From a virus (taxonomy: Duplodnaviria; Caudoviricetes), in IMG/VR virus record IMGVR_UViG_3300037400_003843, positions 1 through 64,000 of that record: a DNA stretch of 64,000 bases. One strand, given 5' to 3'. The notes under the pieces were generated by a model. The model was not told the DNA's origin and ran no database searches. It was given only the letters and a program-made list of their open reading frames with translations. Every line of letters begins with the position of its first letter. Positions within the stretch are counted from its first letter, which is position 1. Below, piece after piece: positions 51,440 through 61,900 of this stretch. A program made the position numbers and the translations under genes.

Positions 51440-54400
51440 ATGGCAGTTGAAATACCGGTAGTAATCGACATAGACGGTGCGTTCGAGGATGCTGCTAAAA
51501 GAATCCGCCAGGACATGAAGCAGCTACAGGACGCTGTCGATAAGAACGCCGTAAAAATACGGGTAGACAACACGAGCATAAAAGACTTTAATGCTGAGCT
51601 TGAGGCGCTTAATGAGTGGTACCGTGAGCTTGAGAGCGCGGAATGGTCTAAAATCGGCCAAAAGCTTGATTTAGGCCCAACCATCAACCGGGCCATTTTA
51701 GAGCTACAGAGACTCGAGAAGGAAATTAATACCATTCAGGAACTCCGTTGGTCTGAGGGCGGCGGTGGAGATTTTTCTTTTGCCGAAGAATACCACAGGC
51801 TCAAAGAGCAAATTGTCGAGGCGAAGAAAGAGGTTCTGGCGCTAGAACAGACACAGCAAAAATTGTCGAACGCCGTTGGTATTAACACTGCCGAGCACAT
51901 AGAAAACCTCTCGAGGACTAACATCGAGCTCCTTCAGATGCAGGAATACTACAAGCGCATCGAACAGGAGTCTATGCGTTTGTCAAACAGCGTAAACGGA
52001 TACCATGCTAGAATAGCAGAACTCAACGAGCTTTGGAACAGCATGACGGCCTCCGAGCGGGAGTCTGCCGAGGGCAGCGAAATAAGAAGAAAGTATGAGG
52101 AAGAGATAAAGGCTCTCGAAACAGAAGCGCAGACACTTGGCCAGCTTCACCAAAAAGAAGTTGAGCGAGTTCAGGATGCAAAGAGGGCGGCCGAAGAGCG
52201 CAGGAGGGAAGCCGAAAAAGCAGCAGAGGCGGAAAGAAAGGAACTCGAACGTATAAACAACCTTCGCCAGAAAGGCATCCAGTCTCGCCGCTACGAGAAT
52301 GCAATCCTTAACTCGACGGTTAAGACCATGCGCGTTCTTCAGGAGCAGGAGAGGATTTTGTCCGACAGGCTAAACAAGACTACGTTTGGTTCGAGAAAAT
52401 ACAAGCAGCTTCAGGCTGATTTGGAGGGTGTCCGTGCTCAGATACAGGCTCTCAACGGCGGGCTCACTGCGCAGTCCACTATATTGAGCAACCTGTCTAC
52501 TATGGCCTCTACGTACGTCTCCCTGTTTGGCGTACTCAGGCTTGCGAAGCAGATTCGAGATGTGACCGGCGAGTTGGAGTATCAGCGCGTCGCACTCGGT
52601 CACCTTATCCAGGACGAGGAGTACGGAGCAAAGCTATTTGAACAGATCAAGGCTGCCGCAATCGAGTCTCCGTTCCGTATTAAGGACCTCGTGACGTACA
52701 CAAAGCAACTGGCCGCATATCGTATTGAGCAGGAGAATCTGTTCGATACAACTCAGCGCCTTGCGGATATATCTGCCGGACTTGGCGTTGATATGAATCG
52801 CCTTATTTTGGCGTTCGGTCAGGTTCGCGCAGCTTCCGTGCTTCGCGGACAGGAATTGCGCCAATTTACGGAAGCCGGTATTCCTCTTGTTGAATTGCTT
52901 GCTGAAAAAATGGGCGAGCTCAATAAGACGACCTACTCGACGGCCGACGTGTTTAAGTTAATCTCAGAGCGAGCCGTTCCGTTCTCTGCCATTGCGGAAA
53001 TATTCGAGGACTTAACGGAAAAAGGAGGAATGTTCTATGAAATGCAGGAGAGGCAGGCCGAAACGCTTAAAGGCCGTTGGGAGAAACTCAAGGACGCGTT
53101 TGATATTGGCCTGCAAACTGCCGGTGAGACAAAAACCTTCGAATGGCAAAATAAACTTGTCCTGGATATCCTGAACATTCTAGCACAGAATATCAATCTT
53201 GTTCCAAAGGTCATTGAGGCTTTGGGTTACGCCTGGGCTTCTTATACCGTCGTAGCGAAGCTTGTGAATCGTAGGAATAAAGAGATTGTTAAGTCTAACT
53301 ACGAGTTGCTTAGCACGGAGCAGCTTAAGCAGGCTGGCGTAAGCAAGACTGCAATTAGTTTCTTTGGTGAGGCTCGTGCTTCAAGGATGCTTTTAAAGTC
53401 AAATGCTGCCCTGGCAGCGTCTAATGGGTTCCTGGCGAAAACATTTGCGAGATTAAGACTTGCTATGCTCACAAACCCGTATGCTGCTGTTGCGGGGGCT
53501 GTATTCGGCTTGGTTTCTTTGTTTTCTTTCTGGAACACAAAAACAAAGGAGACTACTACTTCGTTTGATGAACTCGATAAGAGCATAGAAGACGTATCGC
53601 AGTCCACAAAGAAGTTCAACAGGGCCGAAAAACTTATCGACCGGTATAAAGATCTTGCGTCGAAAAAGGAGCGAACGACAGAGGAGAATGACAAACTTCA
53701 AAAGACAATGTCTAACCTCATCTCTTTGTTCCCGGAACTCGCCGACGCTATTACTTTGGAGAATGAAAGTCTGGACAAGAATGTTGCGTTGCTTGAGAGC
53801 AGGAATAAAGCACTGCTTCAGCAAAGTAAGGACAGGGCAACTGCTAGCCTTAATCTTGCCAGGGCTGACCTAGAAAAGTATAATAAAGAGGTCGTAAAGG
53901 CGGATAAAGAATGGGCTGCAGCCGAAGCAAAGGCGGCAGCTATACTCGACGGCAAGAGGTACGAGGAGCTTTATAAGTCACAACAGAAGATGTATGATGA
54001 GCTCCGCGAACAGGCTGATAATGAGGCGAAGAAAAGAGATGATGCCATCAAGAGGAGAGATAATACCGCAAAGCGTATAGAAACGCTTGAGAGGTACTTG
54101 AACCCGCTCGGAAATACGCTGTTTGAAACCGCGTGGCAAAATACTTTGGCAAGGTTAAAAGACGTGAAGCTTGGTGAAAAAACCATCAACCTTATTGGTG
54201 AGGAAGACATTCGCGGATACGAATCAATCTATAAAGCACTCACGAAGATTGACAAGGCGTACAAGGATAGCTCTAATAGTTTGAAGGAAATGAGAGCGTC
54301 CTTGTCATCCGTTGCCGCTGAATACAGGGAGCAAGCCGAGGAGGAAATTGCCGTTGAACAAGCCAGGCGTGATGGTTACAAGAAGATTCTTGATACGTTT

Positions 54401-57400
54401 GGATACATTTCTTCCATGGATAAAAAGAAAGGTGTTTCCGATCTGACTCTTTTGAAAGAAGAACTGAAGATCGTTCAGGATATCTACAAAAGGTACCAGG
54501 AGTTTGAAAAGTATCTCGGAAAAGGAGAGGCTCGCAGAAAAATAGAAGAAATCTACGGCAATGTTACCGCTATAGACTTTCTCGACCCGGAGTCATTTAA
54601 GCAAAGAATATCGACTATTCTTAAGGAGCTTCGCCGGCTCCAGGGACGCATTACTTCTGGTGCCCAAAATATTACAAAAGAGTACTTTGACGACCTTAAG
54701 AAGACCATCAAAAAGAACGAAGGATTCAGAGAGGATGCGTATAAACTAGCAGGAGAGCCTTACTATACTATTGGTTATGGCTTTTATAAGAATCTTCCGG
54801 ACGGTCGAAAGATTACTAAAGATATGAAGCTAACCAGGGAAGAGGCTGACAAGCTCCTTGACCTTGGTATAGAGACCCGTATCAAGTATGTCAATGAGCA
54901 AATAAGAAAATACGGAGAGGGCCTTGTGCTGAACGAGAAGCAAATGAATGTGCTTGTCGATCTCGCATACCAAAGCGCCCACGGGGTTGAGCGTGTCCTT
55001 AAGGAGGCCGGCGGAGATACTAACAGAATTACTGAAGCTCTTAAGTCTGCAGCGTCTGATTTCTTAGTGTCAAACGATGCCGATATAAAGGCTGGTGTCA
55101 AAAAACGTGACATGCGTCGAGCTGAGGCTTTCGCGAAAGCAATGGCCGAACAGACAGAAGATAGCGACGCAGTTGCACAGGCCGTAGGGGAGGCTGAAAA
55201 GCTTGTTCAGGACGTAGACTGGGACGAGTTTAAAAAATCTCTTGATGAAAAACTGAAACAAGTTTCCGACGAGATCAAGCGCTCCGAGGCGGCTAGGAAT
55301 TTCTATAAGAACATTCTTGACCTTACTGGCGACGAGGGGCTTGCGACAACTATGACTGTTTCTGTATACGGAGGTATCGGAGAGGATTTTAAAGACCGGA
55401 TTAAAAAGCAGCTTGTCGATTCTCTCAGTTCGCTTGATGCTAATACATTCGCTGGCTTGGATGATGCTATTCGTAACGCATTTGACGAAGGTGACTACGA
55501 GTATCTTATGAAGAACCTCGAAAAGGTTCCAGAAAAGCTTCGTGATGTTGTTAAACAGGTCGCAAGCGACGCAGAGAAGTACAATGCCGATTTATTGAGG
55601 AACTTCGCTGACCTGGTGTCCAAGTACGGTGATACCGCTCAGAAGATTGCCACGATAAGGGCAAAAGCGGAGAACGATATTAAAAAGGTAAAGGATGCTC
55701 TCGAACTGAGCCTCAAGGATACGAAACTCACACCAGAAGAAAGAGAATCCTTGAAGAAACGAGCCGACGAGGTCATTAAAGCTCTTGAGGCGCAGAGAAA
55801 CCTTGATATTTTTAAGGCCAGCGATGATTATATCAAGTTTTTTGCCGAGCTTAATGTGATGACTGCGGACCAGGCTGCTCTGGTTCGTACTAAGCTTCGT
55901 GATGCTTATCTAAAGGCATTCCATGATGGTGCTATTTCTGCAGACGAGCTCAGCAAGAACTTGCGAGCTATCGATACCCAGTTTAGGAAGCTAACGCAAA
56001 GTTCAAGTCTCCTCGAGTCTTACCTTGATGGTGGTTTTGATAAGGCAAATGAAAAACTGCAGGAGTATGCCGACAATGTTGCCGTTTTAGCCCAGAAAAT
56101 GAAGTCAGGGAAGGAACTCAGTGCTGATGAGCAAAATTTTGCCACAAAGATGCTATCTCAGTTTGGCAGCGGTAGTACGGCGAATATTGAAAGCTATCAG
56201 CAACTAATTCAGGCTTTTTCTGGAGAGGGTGGAGGTCTTGAGGCTGCCGGCGAAGCTTTCGGGCAAATGGGAGAGGGTATGTCAGCAATGGCTGCAAACG
56301 GCCCTGGGGCCCTTGCTATCGTCGATGCTATTTTCAAGGCTGTGCATGCTACAATTAGTGGAATCCAGCAGATAATCGACCAGCTGAATGAAGTTCGCTC
56401 CGAAGAAAATAAGATTGGTGAATGGTTTAAATACATATCTGATTTTGATAGGTATACATTCTCTGGGTGGGAAAAATTGAAGTCCGGTGATGCTATAGGT
56501 GCAACAGTTGATGCTATTAGTTCTTGGATTTCAATTTTTACAAATGTTCAAAAAGACAAGGTTAAAAAATTCAACGACCAGATTAAGGAACAGGGAACTT
56601 TATTAGAAGACCTCGAATATGAATATTCGAGACTTGGCGTGGCGATAGAAAAGTCTTCCGGCTCCGACTATATCGCCAACTACAACCAGCAGATATCTGT
56701 CCTGCAGGCCCAGGCTGAGGCTTATCGTAAGCAGGCTGAGCTTGAGAGAAAGAAGGGTAAATCGGCCGACGAAGACACTGCCAAGGGCTACGAAAAGTCT
56801 GCCCGCGATGTCGAGGACCAGATTGCCGACATGCAGTCTCAGCTGTCCGAGTTCTTCACCGGCTCTGACCTTACGAGCGCAGCCAGGGACTTTGCCGATG
56901 CCTGGATTGAGGCGTACAAGCAGTTCGGGAACACCACCGACGCGATGAAGGAGAAGTTCAGCGAGATGATTGAGAACATGGTTGTCAACTCCCTGGCCGC
57001 CCAGCTCATCCAGGGTATCCTGAAGCCGGTGTTCGACCAAATTGACTTGGCCTCAAAGGACGGCGAGTTGACGGCCCAGGAGATTGGCGCCATTTCCGCT
57101 ATGCTCCCTGAGCGTATGCGTATGATTGACGACTCCATGCTGACGATGATGAACCAGCTTACCTCGGCCGGCATCAACCTGCGCGAACAGGCCGGCCAGT
57201 TTACCGGCATCTCCAGGGACATCGCAGGGGCTTCCGAGGAGAGCATTACGGGTCTGGCCGCCGGCATCAATACGCAGAACTTCTACATCTCGCACATCGA
57301 CGCGAATGTGGCCGCCATACTTGCTACGCTCACGGGCGGGGCTTCTACGGCCGGCGCTTCGGTTACCGGCGAGTATGTGGACCCGTACAAGGACCAGATG

Positions 57401-57523
57401 CTTGCTTACGCCGCGTACATCCCGATGGTGCATGACGAGGTTGCGACAATCCATACGCTGCTGAGCCGGGTAATCCAGCCAAGGACGGCAAAACCGGATT
57501 ATGTATTGCACACTAATTTATAA
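51440..57523 (+). CDS. Tape measure protein with embedded lysozyme-like domain
   Basis: 2027 aa helical; SPFRIKDLVTYTKQLAAY TMP motif; NEGFREDAY...YTIGYG at about 54700. Confidence 0.92.
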   Translation: MAVEIPVVIDIDGAFEDAAKRIRQDMKQLQDAVDKNAVKIRVDNTSIKDFNAELEALNEWYRELESAEWSKIGQKLDLGPTINRAILELQRLEKEINTIQELRWSEGGGGDFSFAEEYHRLKEQIVEAKKEVLALEQTQQKLSNAVGINTAEHIENLSRTNIELLQMQEYYKRIEQESMRLSNSVNGYHARIAELNELWNSMTASERESAEGSEIRRKYEEEIKALETEAQTLGQLHQKEVERVQDAKRAAEERRREAEKAAEAERKELERINNLRQKGIQSRRYENAILNSTVKTMRVLQEQERILSDRLNKTTFGSRKYKQLQADLEGVRAQIQALNGGLTAQSTILSNLSTMASTYVSLFGVLRLAKQIRDVTGELEYQRVALGHLIQDEEYGAKLFEQIKAAAIESPFRIKDLVTYTKQLAAYRIEQENLFDTTQRLADISAGLGVDMNRLILAFGQVRAASVLRGQELRQFTEAGIPLVELLAEKMGELNKTTYSTADVFKLISERAVPFSAIAEIFEDLTEKGGMFYEMQERQAETLKGRWEKLKDAFDIGLQTAGETKTFEWQNKLVLDILNILAQNINLVPKVIEALGYAWASYTVVAKLVNRRNKEIVKSNYELLSTEQLKQAGVSKTAISFFGEARASRMLLKSNAALAASNGFLAKTFARLRLAMLTNPYAAVAGAVFGLVSLFSFWNTKTKETTTSFDELDKSIEDVSQSTKKFNRAEKLIDRYKDLASKKERTTEENDKLQKTMSNLISLFPELADAITLENESLDKNVALLESRNKALLQQSKDRATASLNLARADLEKYNKEVVKADKEWAAAEAKAAAILDGKRYEELYKSQQKMYDELREQADNEAKKRDDAIKRRDNTAKRIETLERYLNPLGNTLFETAWQNTLARLKDVKLGEKTINLIGEEDIRGYESIYKALTKIDKAYKDSSNSLKEMRASLSSVAAEYREQAEEEIAVEQARRDGYKKILDTFGYISSMDKKKGVSDLTLLKEELKIVQDIYKRYQEFEKYLGKGEARRKIEEIYGNVTAIDFLDPESFKQRISTILKELRRLQGRITSGAQNITKEYFDDLKKTIKKNEGFREDAYKLAGEPYYTIGYGFYKNLPDGRKITKDMKLTREEADKLLDLGIETRIKYVNEQIRKYGEGLVLNEKQMNVLVDLAYQSAHGVERVLKEAGGDTNRITEALKSAASDFLVSNDADIKAGVKKRDMRRAEAFAKAMAEQTEDSDAVAQAVGEAEKLVQDVDWDEFKKSLDEKLKQVSDEIKRSEAARNFYKNILDLTGDEGLATTMTVSVYGGIGEDFKDRIKKQLVDSLSSLDANTFAGLDDAIRNAFDEGDYEYLMKNLEKVPEKLRDVVKQVASDAEKYNADLLRNFADLVSKYGDTAQKIATIRAKAENDIKKVKDALELSLKDTKLTPEERESLKKRADEVIKALEAQRNLDIFKASDDYIKFFAELNVMTADQAALVRTKLRDAYLKAFHDGAISADELSKNLRAIDTQFRKLTQSSSLLESYLDGGFDKANEKLQEYADNVAVLAQKMKSGKELSADEQNFATKMLSQFGSGSTANIESYQQLIQAFSGEGGGLEAAGEAFGQMGEGMSAMAANGPGALAIVDAIFKAVHATISGIQQIIDQLNEVRSEENKIGEWFKYISDFDRYTFSGWEKLKSGDAIGATVDAISSWISIFTNVQKDKVKKFNDQIKEQGTLLEDLEYEYSRLGVAIEKSSGSDYIANYNQQISVLQAQAEAYRKQAELERKKGKSADEDTAKGYEKSARDVEDQIADMQSQLSEFFTGSDLTSAARDFADAWIEAYKQFGNTTDAMKEKFSEMIENMVVNSLAAQLIQGILKPVFDQIDLASKDGELTAQEIGAISAMLPERMRMIDDSMLTMMNQLTSAGINLREQAGQFTGISRDIAGASEESITGLAAGINTQNFYISHIDANVAAILATLTGGASTAGASVTGEYVDPYKDQMLAYAAYIPMVHDEVATIHTLLSRVIQPRTAKPDYVLHTNL

Positions 57524-57528
57524 ATTGC

Positions 57529-57596
57529 TATATTTGCACGGAGGAAAAATCTCATATCCATAAACCCGGCCGGTTGCGAAATCCGCTGGGTTTTTC
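57529..57596 (+). ncRNA. Promoter plus short terminated transcript (candidate sRNA)
   Basis: TATATTTG, about 25 nt, then acccggc...gctgggt-ttttt; no ATG-initiated ORF. Confidence 0.35.
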
Positions 57597-57634
57597 TTTG
57601 CATTTTACGGAAGTTTTTTTATCTTTGCGACAGA

Positions 57635-58114
57635 ATGAAAAACCAGTGGCATAGACAACTTCGCAGGGAGGCATCGGCGCACCACATGTGTGCCGAGAAT
57701 CGCTCCGCTCTGGAAAACATTTCCGACAAGGGCGAAGCGATTGCCTTGTACAAGAAGACGATTGACTGGGCCCTGGAGGAAGGCTATCCGTGCATGGAAA
57801 CGCTCCGTAGCGAGTTTTCAGGCTGCGAGGCTTACGGCATCTTCGTCGATAAGGTCTTCCACGGCGAGAGGCTGGATGACCAGCAGGTCTATGTCTTCCA
57901 CAACTGCTCCGGAACTATCCGTACCGGTCTGAATGTCCAGAAGAGAATAATCCCCATGCTGTACTTCGCCAACGGATGCAACATGGATGTGAAGCCTATC
58001 AGCGAGACGGCACCGAAAGTGCGCGTCCCGCTTTATATTTTTGGTCCTAACCGGGTCAATGCCGAGCAGTCCGACAATATTGAGTGTGTAACCCATAAAT
58101 TCGAGGTCAAGTAA
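57635..58114 (+). CDS. Hypothetical protein
   Basis: 159 aa, own TATCTTTG promoter at 57620-27. Confidence 0.8.
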   Translation: MKNQWHRQLRREASAHHMCAENRSALENISDKGEAIALYKKTIDWALEEGYPCMETLRSEFSGCEAYGIFVDKVFHGERLDDQQVYVFHNCSGTIRTGLNVQKRIIPMLYFANGCNMDVKPISETAPKVRVPLYIFGPNRVNAEQSDNIECVTHKFEVK

Positions 58115-58116
58115 CC

Positions 58117-58488
58117 ATGGAAAGCTCAGTTATTATAGAAATACTTAAGGACATCGGGCTTCCGATAGTCACTGCCGTTGGCGGCTGGTTCGCTTCTGTC
58201 TGGAGAAACAAGCAAAAGAAAGAGGGTGACATCCTTGACAATGTGAAACAGATTCTCGAGTCCCAGAAGCAGTACATCGCGGACCAGGACAAGGAGAACA
58301 AGAAGACCCGCGACATGAACGCCAGGCTCGAAAAGGAGCTTAGACAGAAGAGCTTTTCCATCCGTCGGGCCAACAGCTGTAAGTACACGGCAGAGGGAGA
58401 CGGATGTCCGGTCCTGGCTCACGAAGAAGAGATGGAAGAGAAATGTAAAAACTGCGAAATGAACAGCCATGATAAAGGCACAGATTAA
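58117..58488 (+). CDS. Membrane-anchored coiled-coil protein (holin-like)
   Basis: N-terminal TM helix, coiled coil, Cys-rich end. Confidence 0.6.
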   Translation: MESSVIIEILKDIGLPIVTAVGGWFASVWRNKQKKEGDILDNVKQILESQKQYIADQDKENKKTRDMNARLEKELRQKSFSIRRANSCKYTAEGDGCPVLAHEEEMEEKCKNCEMNSHDKGTD

Positions 58489-58951
58489 GATAGGTTCTGG
58501 AAGCATCGTATACACGGACGAGGCTTACGGCCTTGTCTACCTCGATTCGGATAAGCGCACATCCGCTCCCATCAAGGGCTTCGAGAAGACAGCCTACCCG
58601 GAGGAGGAGGGCGAGCATATCATGCCTAAGACCGTCGACGACGCATTCGATTACAAGGTCAAGTTCTTCATTCAGGCGAGTTCTCTTGCGACTTCCAATG
58701 CCAGGGTTAAGGCTTTCAACGACGCTGTCCTTCCACTTGACCCGCAGACCGGCATCCGTACGGCCGCCCAGGTCGAGTTCTATAACCTGTACAAGCGAAA
58801 CAAGATAGTCGGATACTGCGAACCGATGGCTGAGCCGACGGAGTTCTGGCGCGATCCGACCAATCAGGTCAACGATGTCGTCGTGGTCGAGCTGACCATA
58901 CATGTACCGAAGCCCAGCCTCTGCGACTTTAACTACCAGCCGAGCCTATGA
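58469..58951 (+). CDS. Distal tail protein (Dit-like)
   Basis: 160 aa between the TMP region and the large tail gene; FDYKVKFFI. Confidence 0.65.
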   Translation: MIKAQIKIGSGSIVYTDEAYGLVYLDSDKRTSAPIKGFEKTAYPEEEGEHIMPKTVDDAFDYKVKFFIQASSLATSNARVKAFNDAVLPLDPQTGIRTAAQVEFYNLYKRNKIVGYCEPMAEPTEFWRDPTNQVNDVVVVELTIHVPKPSLCDFNYQPSL

Positions 58952-61900
58952 TACCCTCTATAACCGAAGTCAACTTCCCGTCCTACGCGACATTGCACCA
59001 GGCAACCGTTTCCTTGCAGGAGATGGGTGAGCGGACCATTACGACCCAGGTCAGGATAGACGGCTCCGTGACGCCCAGCTTCGAAGGCTGGGAACTGCGT
59101 TTCAAAGGCGAGCGCTTCGTTCTCCCTACGAGGACTCCTCAGGCGGCCAAGGATAACACGACAAAGAATGCCCTGGTCGACCTAACTTTTCAGTCCTGGG
59201 CGATTGAACAGCTCAAGCACTATTTCTTTGTATCCCTCAGTGAATACGAGACCGGAAAATTCATTCCGGACCAGTATAACGCATCAGTCATCCTCCCTCT
59301 CGAGAGCTTCGTCCAGCTTTTCAACCGCGTGCTCCAGTATTACTTCGGCACCGGCATCCGCATGGACCTCTTCGGAGCAGGGACGGGCATCTACTCTACC
59401 CAGCCGGTATCGGTCGAAATCAATAAGACCTATATCTGGGATGTCCTCATCAAGTTCTACGAGCTTTTCGATGTCCGCTGGTACATAGAGTACGAGCAGG
59501 CCACGGGTGCCTATGTCATCAAGGTTGGATACGCAGTAGATGCTATCACCGACCACGACTTCGAATACGGATACAATGGCGGTTTGCTGAAGTTTGAGCG
59601 CAATGTCCAGGACGCAGATGTCCGTAATATCCTGCTCGGTCGAGGCGGAGAGAAGAACCTTCCTTACAGGTACTTTAAGTTGCAGGAGGACCCGCAGAAC
59701 CAGGAATGGGCCGCAGATCCTGACGCTATTCCCGAGCTCGCAAATATCTACTTTGACCGGCTCCGCGATATCAACTTCCGCTGGTATGTCCGAGGCTGGA
59801 TGCAGAATCCGCACAGGGACACCTCCTGGGATGCAACCCACACATTCCCGCAGTACACAGAGTCTCAGTGCCCGGCCGAGCACCTCTTTGCGTTCCGGCT
59901 TGGCAAGACTGACGCGAAGTTCAATCCGGTCGAATATGTCAAGGACGACGCGTCCATCACCAAGTACGGAGAACGCTGGGGCGCCGTGGAGGATAACGAC
60001 GAGGTGTTCCCCACCATTCAGGGCATGACTGGAACAGGCATCGGCCGCGTGGACGAGTGCGTGGATGTTTCCGACATCGTTACGGACGACATCGAGGCCG
60101 CAGTGACCGAGGCCGCTACCGTAAGGACCATCGCCGGCGAGATAACCATCACGAAGGACTTCTCCGCAAACGAGCAGAAGACCGATGTGCTGAAAAGTGA
60201 ACAGTTCACCATTCCGTCCGGAAGCACTGGTAACCTGTCCGCACCCTGGCTGAACCCGATAGCACAGGACGGAGCAGGAATTGCCCTTGTCAGCGTGAAC
60301 ACCACTCTCAGTTCGGTCAAGGCCGTCAGGGTCGATAACGGGACCGAGTATGACATCGACACTCCAGGTGGATTCCCTGCAGGTACATACTACGCCAAGA
60401 TTACCGTAGTCGTCAAGAACTACAACACCTCTTCCGGATATAGCAATGTCACATACGGCCTGCAGTCACTCGACCTTACCGTATCGACACCGAACACTGA
60501 GGCCTGGAAGCCCACTTTCGACATCTGGGTCAAGAACATCTGGGAGACAACGCAGGGCCAGAGCGAGACCGATGAGCAGTACGCTGCCCGCGTTTGGGAG
60601 CCTATCCTTGGCGACCGGGTCGGCAACGAGGCCAAGCTGGTTTTCTCTGACGGCTTCATGTCCGTCAGCCAGGACTACGAGTTTACCATAGCATCCTATC
60701 CCGTTAAGGACAGGAGCAAGTCCATCAACGGGGTCCAGTCCGAGTGGAAGATAACGCTATTCAAGTCCGATGCTGAATTCAAGGCAACGGGCCTGTATGT
60801 GCCGAACGCTACGACGGGAGGTAAGCCTGCTGCAGGCGACCACTTCTTCTTCATCGGCATCGACATGCCGTTCTTGTATGTAACCAAGGCTGAGGAACTG
60901 CTTAACGGAGCCACTATGACTCCAGCGGCAAATAAGACAGCGGCCCTCTCGGACCTAGCCGATGTGCAGCCCACTTGGGTCATATCTCTCGACAAGGTCC
61001 GCGTCCATACGCTCGAGGACGGCGAATACGGGCAGACCCTGGCGGAAAGGCTTTCTGCAGGGGCTACGGTGCGCATCAAAGACAGCCGCTTCACTGGAGG
61101 CCAGGCCCTTACGCTCTATGTAAAGAGCATTACATACACCTGGAACGAGCCGACTACGGGTAACCCGTACCTCGTTCCGGATATCGAGGTAGTCCTGTCC
61201 GACACTGTCCTTTCTGCGGAAGGAACCGTGACGAGGGTAGCAAATGAGCTTAATGTCGTGAAGACCACCTACGCCAAGAGCGCAGACATCGAGAGCACCG
61301 TCCGGGCCGTAGGTAATGCACTCTTCCTCAAGAAGACCGGCGAGTCTGACCGGTCGTCTTCCCCTACTCAGTTCGCCAGCAAGGTGACAAGCATGTCCTT
61401 CCGACAGGGCGATATCGGCGGTAAGGGATGGGGCTTCTATGATGAGGAGCCAGCGAAGGTCCAGGCCGTTACTAGAGCGACCAGGGCGGCTGCGACGGAA
61501 ACGGAAGAGAAGGGCAACTCGGTCCTCGAGATAGACAAGCTCGTCGTCCGAAAGGAGATGAGGGTCAACTCTCTCGTAGCAAACCAGATTGCTTATGTCG
61601 GCGGCCGGCAGATTGTCTCTGCCGCAGCTATTGAGTGCACTCAGGTCGTGGACGATCAGGCCGGATACTACTGCTACTTCAACCAGAAGCAGGGAACTGT
61701 GGCCAACCTGTTCGTAGTCGGAGACTTCGCCATGGGCCAGATGTTCGACCCGAATAACCTCGAGGTGCGCTACTATAAGGCCCGCGTTAACGAGATAGGA
61801 TCGAACTATATCCTTCTGTCCAAGACCGTTAAGGACGGAGATGGAGTACCGGCCGTAGGCGATACGATTGTCCAGCACGGACATGAGTCTAACACGGCAA

